A stretch of DNA of 63,695 nucleotides, the filler included, from Parasitella parasitica NRRL 2501 (taxonomy: Eukaryota > Fungi > Mucoromycota), in assembly GCA_025201805.1 (NCBI GenBank). It is 6 parts of 6 records of this genome, joined end to end, with 100 filler letters (N's around TTAATTAATTAA, not from the genome) between each part and the next. Parts side by side here need not be neighbours in the genome. Positions count along the whole stretch, not along the records: positions 26,299 to 57,792 come from MU619436.1; 5 more parts are not named here. One strand, 5' to 3'. Positions 37,351 to 48,630 of this stretch are shown here, in pieces. The notes under the pieces were generated by a model, which saw only the letters and a list, made by a program, of their open reading frames with translations, was not told the origin of the DNA and ran no database searches. Within the stretch, counting starts at the first letter, position 1, and each line of letters begins with the position of its first letter. The translations under genes were made by a program, and so were the position numbers.

Positions 37351-38478
37351 TTATTCAACTAATTCTGCAATGTCAAAATCTACCAAGTCTTGAGCCTCCT
37401 TTGCAGGTTTATTTACAACTTTGGCCTTCAACAAAGTTTTTATAGTAACATCAAGTGCATTACCTGAGACTTGGCGATTGTTGCTAGGATAATGAACGGT
37501 TTTAAACCAGGAACGAACATCCTCCTCAGGATAGTCAAGGTTTTTCATAACAAGTTTAACTGATTCATCTTCCTTTTGGTCCATAAATGACTGAGTAGCC
37601 TTCTCAATAGCACCCAATACCTTCCTCAGCCCGCTCTTCTTTTCTTGATCCGATAATAAATCAGTATGAGCTGCAAACATGAATGCTGGCCAAGGTGGAG
37701 TGATTTGTCCAATGCGTTTCACTTCTCCGGAATCATGATAAGGCTTAGTGGTGAATGTTTCCCACATGAAATAATCACAGCTACCATCGTTGACTGAATC
37801 GCGCATGGCTTTGAAATTGTGCAGCACGGTAAAGTCAAAGGGGGGCTCGTCGTTTTCATGCCATCCGCGTTGATCGGCAAGCACAAAAGCCATGATATGT
37901 GATCCTGAACCTAATCGAGAAATAGCTACGTTGGTGTTTTGGAGCGTTTCAATTGAATTATGCTCAGAATTCTTGCCGGCTGATAACGCCCAACCTAATC
38001 ACCATATTTATATTTAATAAAGAATACAAGACAAATGATTCAACATCTTACATAAAGGCTTATCTACATAAGTACCAACAATTTTGTACCAGTCTTGTCC
38101 CTTGCTAATGCCAGCGACCAAACCTTCCGTCAATGCAATGGCTAGATCCAGAGACTTTTCTTGAAGCTTGGAAGTCATCTAAAAAGTCAATCAGTATCGC
38201 GTAATAGTTAATTCGATGTGATAGTACTTCGCCGGTGCCGCCTATAATACATTGTTTAGTTTCTAATAACAATGATATACGGAAAAAAAACAAGACTGTA
38301 CCTGGACACAAAACAAGCTCAACATTGACTCCAGTTTCCTCGAAAAAACCATTATCGCGGGCAATGTATAAAGGCGTGGAGAAATGCTCGGGAACTTGTG
38401 TAAACTCGCTTAGCTACCGTTCATATATGTAAAAAATAGCAATTTATTACCGTAACCAATGCGAATGGTGGGAGTCAT
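37351..38478 (-). CDS. Periplasmic-binding-protein type 2 fold protein (NMT1/THI5-like, Ca3427-like; multi-exon)
   Basis: IRIGYVPEHFSTPL, PGGTGEM, IALTEGLVAG, ISRLGSGSHIMAFVLA, FMWETFTTKPY, TPPWPAF. Confidence 0.9.
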
Positions 38479-38862
38479 ACTGTAAGTAAAATATGATAAA
38501 GGATAAAATGGTTATCATTTACCCTGGTGGGGAGGGGGGACCCATTTATAAGCCAAAAAAAAAAAAAAAAAAAGTTGGACTGCAGCTTGTTTGTGAATCA
38601 TGGTACATCCGTTAATACAAAATGTACATAAACTAGAGATCATTACGCATATACACCGTCTTTATCATACAAATCCTACTTGAAATGCAGACCAGATTAT
38701 TGTGCAAGACACTAAAAGCGTATCTTCAAAGTAAGAAACAAGGATACGTTCCAGCGTCAACCAATTCAACAGTTTATCATCCAACGGAATGCTGCCACAA
38801 CCATGACACTTTTGTGGGGCAAAATTAGAATTTTGCCGCAAGGACATCGTAGAACATGTTTT

Positions 38863-41325
38863 TTATTTCTTCTTTTTTGAGATATTACTATGATCAATTC
38901 TGACGATAGAGGCTCTGCATTTATTTTGACTCACTCCCCCACTGCTTGCTTCAGCATGATACAATTTTCTGCTGGTACCAGCGTTTTCCTGTTGTTCTTG
39001 TTCTTGGGAAAGTTGCTCTTGATCTTTCTTTTTAGATGATGCCAAGTCCAAATCCTCGATACGACGCAGCATGTGCCAGATAAAATCTTTGTTTGTCCAG
39101 TACGAAAAATGGGCACGCAATCCAATCAAGTATTCATTTGCAATCATGGACATGACGCTGTCTGGCTGTAATACGTAATCCATGCGCTGTTTTCCAGGTA
39201 GCGTGCTGATGGCCTCTTGCTCTTCTTTCAGATCACTGGCTGTGTCCTCTTCATCTTTGCTGGCTGCGGGAACAGTGGCATCTTGAGCTATATCGGCCCG
39301 TGATTCTCCAGGGCTTGTAAGTGCAGGTCCTGGTTTGTTCATTTCCTTATCCAGATCTGACCAAAGGTGATCACCACCACTCGCATTTTCATTGTCATGA
39401 TTGTCTCTTCTACTGTCATCTGATTTAGTCGTAAATATAGATGGTTGCAAATGCTTGTCATCGTCTTTCGATGGTTGTACTAGATTGTCATCTGTGTTCT
39501 GTTGTACAGGCTTGTCAAAATGAGCCCTTGCTCGCTCAAATGAATCCACACGAACGCCGTCAATGCCCAGCACTTCTACTAGATGCTGACGTTTGGGGTT
39601 GTGTTCTGTCATGGATTTGCGCAGTGCGATTCTTTCGGGCTTCTGGGTCTCTATGCTAAAACTACTTCTGCCCTTGCTGAGCCGTGTTGGAGTTGCTGCT
39701 GCGGATACCGTGGATGTCTTGTCAAAAACTGATCCATCTGAATTTTGCTCTAATGACGACGAATACAGACTATCTTCTAGCGATGTTGATGTACCTACGG
39801 TTTTTGATCTGATGTTCATAGCAGGCCGTCTTGGCAACCCAGAGGACGCATTCAACCCATTCAATGTTCTGTCCAAATCATCGCGCAGAGCTAATAACTG
39901 CTCTCTTGTCTGCTCCTTGAGCGGATCCCAGGTAATAATACCGTTCTTGGATACGCCTTGCTTGTCTTTCAAGTCATCCAACTTTTCAGTGCCACCACCC
40001 TTTGAGAAATATTGAAGAAATGAAGACATGAAACCAGACGATGAAGATGAGTCTTGGCGTTGTTGTTGCTCCTGCTGCTTTACTCGGGCATTTTCTTGTT
40101 TGATGGGGTCTTGGTTTGCGTCAGCTGCTTCTGCAGTGGCATTATAGATAGACTTTGCCACTTTATCTTCCTGTCTCCAGCTGAAGAATGACAAGAAGCC
40201 AGCAGACAACGGGAAGGATGGCATGGAAGGGAAAGAAAAGGAAGGACCAATGGGCACTGACCTTTTCACCAGCACAGCCGGTTTATCTGTGAAATAGTCG
40301 TTGAACAGTGGTTCAAATCGGTAGCCCAAGGGATCAAAGGGATGGAATATATTTTCAAACTGAATGTCGAATTCTGGGTGATACAGCTTTGGATCCTGGC
40401 CTCTGAATGTCAGCACTGCGCCAACAGGAGATCCCAAACCAAAGAAATAGTTTGGTTTAAAGGCTAGCTTGCTGAATTTGATGTCCATCTTATCATACAT
40501 GGCTGCCTCATGCTCTTCAGGCTCCCTCTGATGGGACAGAATATCCCAGACAATAATGCCGCCCAACGAGTACCCCATTATGACAATCTTGCCGTTGAAA
40601 TTCGGATGCTTTTCCATGAAATTGTGATACGATGTGTTGAATAGGTTGGTTATGTTGTCAATTATTTTTTGGCCTCTGTCTTTGGAGAAATAAAACAAGA
40701 CGTCCGCCAGATAATCGTTCTCAATCAGCCGAATTGTTGGTATAGATTTCAACGTAATTTTGTTGATGATGGGGTCCACTTGCTCATGAATATGTCTGTG
40801 CCATTCAATGGGGATCAATTCAATTCGCACATTGTGGTCGGGCACTTTGGCTTGCAGAACCTGCCTTGTTGTTTCTTGTAAATTCTCAACTGCGACTGAT
40901 TGTCAGCATCTCATACCCAAGAAAGCATGTCTGTACTTACTGTGCTCATAGAAATGTCCATACTGTTCTGTTTGCTATCGTTTTCACATGTTAGCCTTCC
41001 ATCAGTACTGACTTTGAAACAACTGCTATTATATATTACCTGCCCAATACCCTACGAACAAATTGTGTTGAGTACGGAACAGTTATATGGCTTCATCATG
41101 GTACAACTCACATGGATGACAAATATCAAATGATCGACCGGTTTATCAGAGCCTGGCTCGCAAGTGTTTAGACTATCCGCTGATTGGTTCTCTGTCTGAT
41201 CGGTCTCCATGTCAAAATCGTCTGCTGTGTGGTTAGCAGGTGGCGCTCGCGATTTAAAACCAATACATACCTTCGGTTGCTACGGATAAAGGCGGCGATG
41301 GGACATATGTGGCCTCGAAAAACAT
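38863..41325 (-). CDS. DDHD-domain phospholipase A1 family protein (multi-exon)
   Basis: DHLIFVIHGIGQ, PIEWH, GYSLG, FGLGSP, NIFHPFDPLGYRFEPL, RMDYVLQ, AHFSYWTNKD. Confidence 0.93.
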
Positions 41326-41766
41326 GTCGTATTTTACACAAGTTGACAAAAAAAAAAGAAGAAAAAGAGAGTTTTAAAAGAAACTAGATTGACTTATTTA
41401 TCTGTCCTATTTTGGAAGAAAGATGCTACACACACGTTAAAGTGATCTCATTTCTTATGCACACAAACATATTATGATGAGACAAGGATGATATCATATA
41501 CCATCTGGACAAGCATCGATTTCAACACGCTCAATTACCTGACAAGGTAATCGATGCAGCTCTTTCAACAGCAGAAAAGACACTCTGCTTGTGGCATGTC
41601 GGCTATGAATTCTCTAGCACTGTATATTGCTTTTTGTGCGACAGCAGCCGTTGTACCTTGGGATGATGGCTGGTGCACCAAGTCTGTTATTCAAAACATG
41701 GTTTTTCCCTTTTAATCTTTCACGCGATTCTCCTTGCTTTTTTTTTTTTTTTTTTTCATCCTCAAC

Positions 41767-43140
41767 ATGTCGAACATACACCGCAAATGTCCTCATTGTC
41801 TCTCATCTGAAGGCCAAGCCAAAGAAGACGATTTTATGTAAGTGCTAATCACCATCCAAAGTTGAAAGCACACCCAGTTAACCGCATTTTGAACAAATCA
41901 AGTATTTGCGAAAAGTGTTCAAAAACATATTTATACGACGATTCCCAAGACGATGATAGCTCCTTTGGTGAATTGCCACTGAATTTCGACCGTTCTTTTG
42001 ATGAAAGTGATGACGGTCCCGATCCCCACAGACGAAATGCCTTCAGTGATAGCGAAGACGACGATCCCATTCACAACAGGCGTAATGTGTTTAGTGATAG
42101 CGAAGACGACCCAGTTATACTAGCCAACAAACCCTCAGTTTTAAAAAGAAAGGGACAGGGACAGGGGCAGAGACAGGGAACGGAAACGGGAACGGGAACG
42201 GGGACAGGAATGGGAATGGGAATGGGAAAGGGAAAGAAAAAGGAAAAGGAAAAGGGAAAGGCCAAGGCCAAGGCCAAAGCCAAGGCAAAGACAGCAATTA
42301 GAGCCAAACAGCCTAATATCTTTAACGACATTTCGCCAGACACCAACGCAAAAAAAAGACCAGCATCCAAAACTATTGACATGGCCTTTTCTGAGGATGA
42401 CGATGATGACCTAGACTACGCCAGAACGTCAAAGGAAAGCGTAAATGGAAAGCGAAAAAAGACTTACCCCTTGAGCACCGAATCAAGTGAAGAAGAGGAA
42501 GAAAACACCATCGCATTTGACAAGAATGGAAGGATAAAAGAGATGAAACCAAAAGCCAGATCCGCAAAATCTGAACCATTGAAACAGTTTAGTCCCTTTC
42601 TTCAATTCAACAAGAAGATGCGCGCCAAAATAGCCAAAGAAAGCGAAAAAGATGAAGCACCTGGAGTGAAGCTCAGTCAATTGGTAGCTGAGGCATGGCG
42701 GAATATGAGCAGTGTAAATTGAACTGCAATACTCTTGCAAAATTACCAGCTAATTTTTCTTTATACAGGAGGACAAGCATGAATTCAATCAAGAATTAGC
42801 GCGAGAAAAACTATCCCTTATTCACACAGTGCGAAAGAAACCAAGGCCAGCCGGCAATGGCTATATCGTCTACTCCAAAGAAAACATGCCAGCACTAAAG
42901 TTGCAGCATCCAGACGTGAAGCAAATGCGACAGCTTAGCTCTATCATGGGTAGTAATTGGAAGGCACTGAGTGAACGTGAGAGACAGGCATACACCGATA
43001 AAGCCAAAAAAGAAAAGGACGATTGGATCAGGGACAACCCTGAAGACCATCAGCAGTATTTGGATAAAATGGCAAGCAAAATTAGAGCAACCAAGAGGGC
43101 ACGCCGGGAAGAGAAAGAGAGAGCGAAATCATCAACATAA
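41767..43140 (+). CDS. Zinc-ribbon + two HMG-box protein (introns 41838-41902 and about 42715-42767)
   Basis: Spliced CPHC-x14-CEKC; HMG boxes FSPFLQFNKKMR...VAEAWRNMS and NGYIVYSKE...MGSNWKALSERERQAY. Confidence 0.85.
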
Positions 43141-43201
43141 ATAATCAGCCCCCCCCCCTCTCCAAATCCCCTTTTTTCCTTTCTTTCTCTGCTTCTCTCT
43201 T

Positions 43202-43239
<38 letters not shown>

Positions 43240-43274
43240 CCTTGTGTACATATATATCATAAATCAATTAATAA

Positions 43275-46200
43275 ATGTCCAGCTTCTTATTAATAATATT
43301 TCTATATTATTGTACAATAAGAAATAGTGCTGCTCAAAATGTCGGGTTGGGCTCAATTCAAACCAATGTGCCATGGAGAGCTGGGCATGCTTCAGGTATG
43401 TGCAACACCATCCCAGTGTGCAGCAGTATTGATACTTTGTATATATATATACATATATTATAGTCTACTCAGATCCTTACGTTGTCATGTACGGCGGTTC
43501 GCAAGATATATCCAATTCGTCTGCGACAATAGGCTCAAACGATGTGTGGGTTTGGGATAGTAGAAATGGATCATGGTATCAACCAACAATTCAGGTCCAA
43601 GGCGGAGTTAGCATGCTGCCGCAAATCTACTTCAAAGCAACCACACTGCCTAGTCAAGGACAAATAATAGCGCTTGTGAGCAATACAACGGGCGGTTCTG
43701 CTACAAACGTACTGCAAAAATTGGATATAAATAGCTGGTCGTGGAGCTTTCCAACAACAAGTAAGAAAAAAAAAAAAAACCTTGGATGATGTTACACACA
43801 GATTTGCTAATTAATCACTCCCCTTTTCACCTTTTTCTTTAATCAATTGGGGAGGTTTCAGATTTTCAAGCATCTGCTCGAACAGTTGGATATTCAATGC
43901 TGACAATCAACAACACAATTTATACGTACGGCGGATTGGCAGTTGATTCCAACGGGTTTGTCATGTCGAGTTCGATTCAGAATTCATTGTCTTTGATGGA
44001 CGTAAACAGCTTTCAATGGACGACAGGCTCGAATGGATTGGGCTTGGCTGACCATACCACTTGCTATATGAAAGCCTGCAATTGCTTGGTTATATTTGGT
44101 GGAACATCGACTGGTAACCCAACCGATGTAACTGATGTATTGTATAATATTTTTTTTTTTGCGTGCTTGGTGGTTTATAAATATACTTATTTCCATAATT
44201 AGGCTGTCAACTTGTACGATTTGAAAAGCAGAGCGTGGAATGTGCAAGGTATCGAAACCGCTGCTGGTTCGCCTGTACCAGGAGCTAGAAGGCTCCATAC
44301 AGCAAACTGTCTCGACGACTATATGGTAGTGTACGGCGGCGGCACTAATCAACCGGCTGACACCGATGTTTGGATTTTGAATGCAACATCCTACCCAAAG
44401 TTGACATGGCAAAAAATTGCTGTGGCGAATCAAAGTCAAGGACCTAATTTGCGTATGGGTAATATCTCTTATACACGGGTTGTTTGTTTGTTTGTTTATC
44501 GTGCTGATCTCTGCCTCTCTCTCTCTCTCTACCTCTTTTTTTTTTTTTTTTTTTNNNNNNNNNNNNNNNTGTAGGACATTCATCCGTGTTAGATGAAGCA
44601 AACAAAAAGCTGTACATGTTTGGCGGCTGGGGGGTAAGCGCAACAAACGACTCAAACGTGTACGTCTTGGATCTTAATCAATGGAGCTGGACACGAGTTG
44701 CACCCTCTGGATATCCGCCACATGCTATGCCGTCAGCAAACACAACGAATCCTAATAATAGCAGTACACAATCAACCACAAATAGCACAAGCACCATTGC
44801 AGGCGCGGCTGTTGGTGGTGTTTTGGGTCTATTGCTGATCATTGCCACTGCAGTCTTTTTCATCGTTCGCAAAAGAAGACGAAATCGAGGCGAGAAAAAC
44901 GATGAGCTGTCAGAAGATGTTAGCCACAACTCAGACAACCCGTACTCGTACAATCCGCGCGGATTCTATTCGACAAACGATAGTGATGATGATGACAACA
45001 ACGACGAAGCGCTAGCTGTCAGTAATAAACGCATGTCAAAAGCATGGACAGGTACCACGAGCACACATCACTCACAGAGACGCTCAGAGATAGGGGACTC
45101 GGGCCGAATCATTACTGGCATGCTAGAGGCATACAACGATGATGGAACGCTTGCTGCAACTCATGGCTCCAAGAGTCGCCGTGGATCTTTCCGTAACTCC
45201 AAGGTTCTGTTGGTTTCGCCAACTACAGAAGCCCAAGTTCCCAATGAGATCATGGCACAAAAGCCAAACGAGTTTTCGATGCTGGTGGCTAAAAGACAGC
45301 AGCCTGTGCATCATTTGATTTCTTCGGCGGAGGAGGGCCCTAACAGCTCTTCTTTAGATGTGTTGCGCAGCATAAAAACAAACGCCAGCAGTATGATGAA
45401 CCACACCGGGAATAGCCAATCTGCAGCATTCAGGAAAAACACCAGTGGGGTTCCCGTTACCCATGCCACGGCGCACGAAGAGGACGAAGACAACTGGACA
45501 TTTGCTGATTCTCTCCCTGTTAACCCGCACGGCACAAGCGACAATACACCTCCCATTCAGTACATTTTACCCAATTCGCATCAGATAAGTACGGCGACTT
45601 CCACTCGAACATGGGACACTAGAGACGTTCAACAAAAACAGACGCTTGTGCATCACCATAACAACAGCTTGCAATACCCTTCATCTACTTTGAATATGCC
45701 TATGGCGCAGACTGTAACGCCGCCCATATCGAATGACAACAGCAATGATACAAGTTCCAGCACTCATGAACTGAGAGCGAGTAACCGGGTCGACATCTAC
45801 AACACAATCAGCCCACTGGACGCATTGGCATCGTTAGGCCAGCAACAGCAACAGCAACAGCACCAGCAACAGCACCAGCAACAGCACCAGCAACAGCAAC
45901 AGCAACAGCAGCAACTGGATACCAATACGCCTGGCAGCAGTACACACAACTCTGCCATGGTGAAATCCATTCGCGATACCTCGGGTAGAGGAATAATCAC
46001 TGCCGATGTTGCTACCACCGTAGCCACCGCCTCGACCACAACGCCTACTACTTCGTCTACGACCACTGCTACCAATTCATCATCAACAACACAGCCAGAC
46101 GACCAAAAATTCCTTTCCTTGGCGCCACTTATTTCCGCATTGCCTCGCCGATATCAGTTGGACAAGTCAAAATCACCCATCACAGGGCCGACTAATAATA

Positions 46201-47146
46201 TCTTGTTTGTCACCAAGGAAGACAATGTAGCTGTAGCTGTCAAATCCTTTGGAAGGCGAGAAGCTTGGGAGAGAGAATGCCGCAATTTGATCAAACTAAA
46301 ATCGCCATGCGTAGTTGAAATCTTGGAAGTATTAACGATACAGGATGATCAGCCTCCAGCAGCCTTCCAACAGGATGAAGAAGGTGGTATTCAATATATG
46401 ACTGTCATGGAGCGTCTAGACGAGACCCTGGGCAGCTTTATTAGATACAGCAGTAAACGGCCTACCACCCTCGTCTCCAACGGGAGCATTGCCCGAGATA
46501 TTCTACGCTGTCTGTCATGGTGCCATAGCAATGGGATTGCATTTTGCGATCTAAAGCCAAGTAACATTATGCACGACTATGGAGAGCCGTGGAAGCTCAT
46601 TGACTTTGAAGCAAGCCGTACGATCGACGAAGAATGTGTTGGGGTAATCACTCCAAGGTACTGCCCGCCTGAAGTAGCTCGTGCCACAACCTATGGCTTG
46701 GAAGGCGCCAATGGTGTTGTAGCAACAGCTAGTGTGGATTTATGGTCATTAGGCTGTGTCATATATGTAAGGAGAAAGAGTTGGTTGATTGACTACATGT
46801 AAAATTCACAGTTACCTTAGGAACTCGAAACAAAAAAGGCACTGTTTGCAAATAATATCAAGGATGAAACTATCCTGCATTTTGTATCTCATCCATCACC
46901 TTCAACGCCCATTCTCAACAATGGCCTTCGCTGGAACGAAAGTAAAGAATTGGAGATTCCTCAACTTGACAAACTCATTCCCAATGCACATACTCGCCAT
47001 TTAATTAAAACCCTGCTAAGCAGAGACCCTAATAAGCGCGGATCTGCCTCACAATTACTGGTATGTTTGATTTTTTTTTTTTGCATGATGAATTTACATA
47101 TGAGCTAATTATTTGAATGCAGGAGGATCCGTATTTCTCCTTGTAG
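43275..47146 (+). CDS. Receptor-like kinase: signal peptide, Kelch propeller, single TM, disordered linker, Ser/Thr kinase domain (multi-exon)
   Basis: Kelch repeats (RAGHAS...MYGG, YTYGG, VIFGG, VVYGG, YMFGG); TM IAGAAVGGVLGLLLIIATAVFFIV followed by RKRRR; kinase VAVK, ERE, FCDLKPSN, DFE, PPE, DLWSLG. The last Kelch repeat, TM and kinase share one ORF (44586-46802). Confidence 0.9.
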
Positions 47147-47186
47147 TCATCTCTCTATTTTTGTACTGATATATTTAGATAGTTTT

Positions 47187-47967
47187 TTATTCTGTAAATT
47201 TTGCATTACTAAAATCCATTTCAGGATGCTGTTCCTTGAATTTCTTGAACATATCTTCTTTCTTCAATGTATCGCTGTCAGGCTTGCCCACTGCTTTCTG
47301 ACGCTGATCAAACTATTGCTTTATATGTTAAAAAAAAAAAAAATCACAGACCACCTCCATAGACATCATAGATGTGTATGTATATTTACCATCATTTTTT
47401 CAACCATTGCTCGGGTTTCCCCATCTAAATCACTCAAGTTGGAGTTTTCAGGCTGGATCTTTTTTGTATTGATCTTGGGTGCTCCTTCGATTACATTATC
47501 CCACCATTGCATTTGGTTTACTTTTTCCAGACGGAGCGAAACTTCCTTTTGGTCGTCTAACGTCCATACACTGTCATCAACTTTAATGGCTTGACAAAGC
47601 GTGCCCTGATGTACAACGTTAACAAGACATGAAGACGCGTGTGCACTAACAAGATCGTACCTCAACAATGGATGGCTGGTTCTTGAGCGCCACTTTCAAT
47701 CGATCCTTTTTCAAAACAATATCCAAATCACGAGCGCGGGTTCCCTTGGGTACGGGGATAGAGATGTCAACATTTGAAAGCGTTTGCCTCCAGCTAATTT
47801 TTTATCGGTCAAAAGTGAGGAAACAGTATCGAACCCATGCAAAATAGAGCTTACGTGTATGGCAACTGGGCTTGTTCTTCTTCCTCTCTTTGCTTTTCAA
47901 GTCTTTCTTGCTCCTCTTTGGCAGCACGTTCAGCAAGTGTCAAACCGTCGGCTGTTTCTTCAGACAT
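47187..47967 (-). CDS. nudC: Nuclear movement protein NudC (CS domain; 4 exons)
   Basis: [55 protein letters not shown]. Confidence 0.96.
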
Positions 47968-48343
47968 TTTGTTAAGATATGCGAGAAAAAATGTGCGAAA
48001 CTCCAGATATCAATTTTATAAATGCTTCAAACTGCGCAACTGGCCATATAGACGCCTAAATATATACCGTATTTGTACATGATCTTTGTCTATATATTGC
48101 GAATATCCTATGTATACTTGCTTGAGTTTTTATATTTAAAATCAAACATATTGCATTTTATTGCATAGAATAGCTATCAGGTTCCAACGGAATATGATGG
48201 TATACCTCAAGCGTTGGCGATCATGGCATTCCACATCTATTTGCTACAGCATCTATGTGAAAGTGAGGATGGTGCAAATTAAATGGCAATACCCTGCCTG
48301 TAATTGCCCACATGTTTGCCTTTTAGCTATTAAAAAATTTGTC

Positions 48344-48346
<3 letters not shown>

Positions 48347-48412
<66 letters not shown>
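48347..48412. repeat. Poly(A) tract, 66 nt, in the divergent nudC/eIF5B intergenic region
   Basis: Direct reading. Confidence 0.9.
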
Positions 48413-48413
<1 letters not shown>

Positions 48414-48630
48414 AAAAGCATGAAAAGGTAACGCAGTACGACCAAGGTTTCTTATCAACCATGGGCCCCACTTCTGCACCGTAGCCCTTCCATTTGCATG
48501 ATTCAAGAACTGCTCGCATAGCCAAAACGTCACTAGGTGGCTTGTTTTTTTTTACTCGAGATTTTTTTTCGACATGAATGCACTTTGCTGTTGGGCTGTA
48601 ATTTGTGCTTTTTATATTTGATCAAATAAA

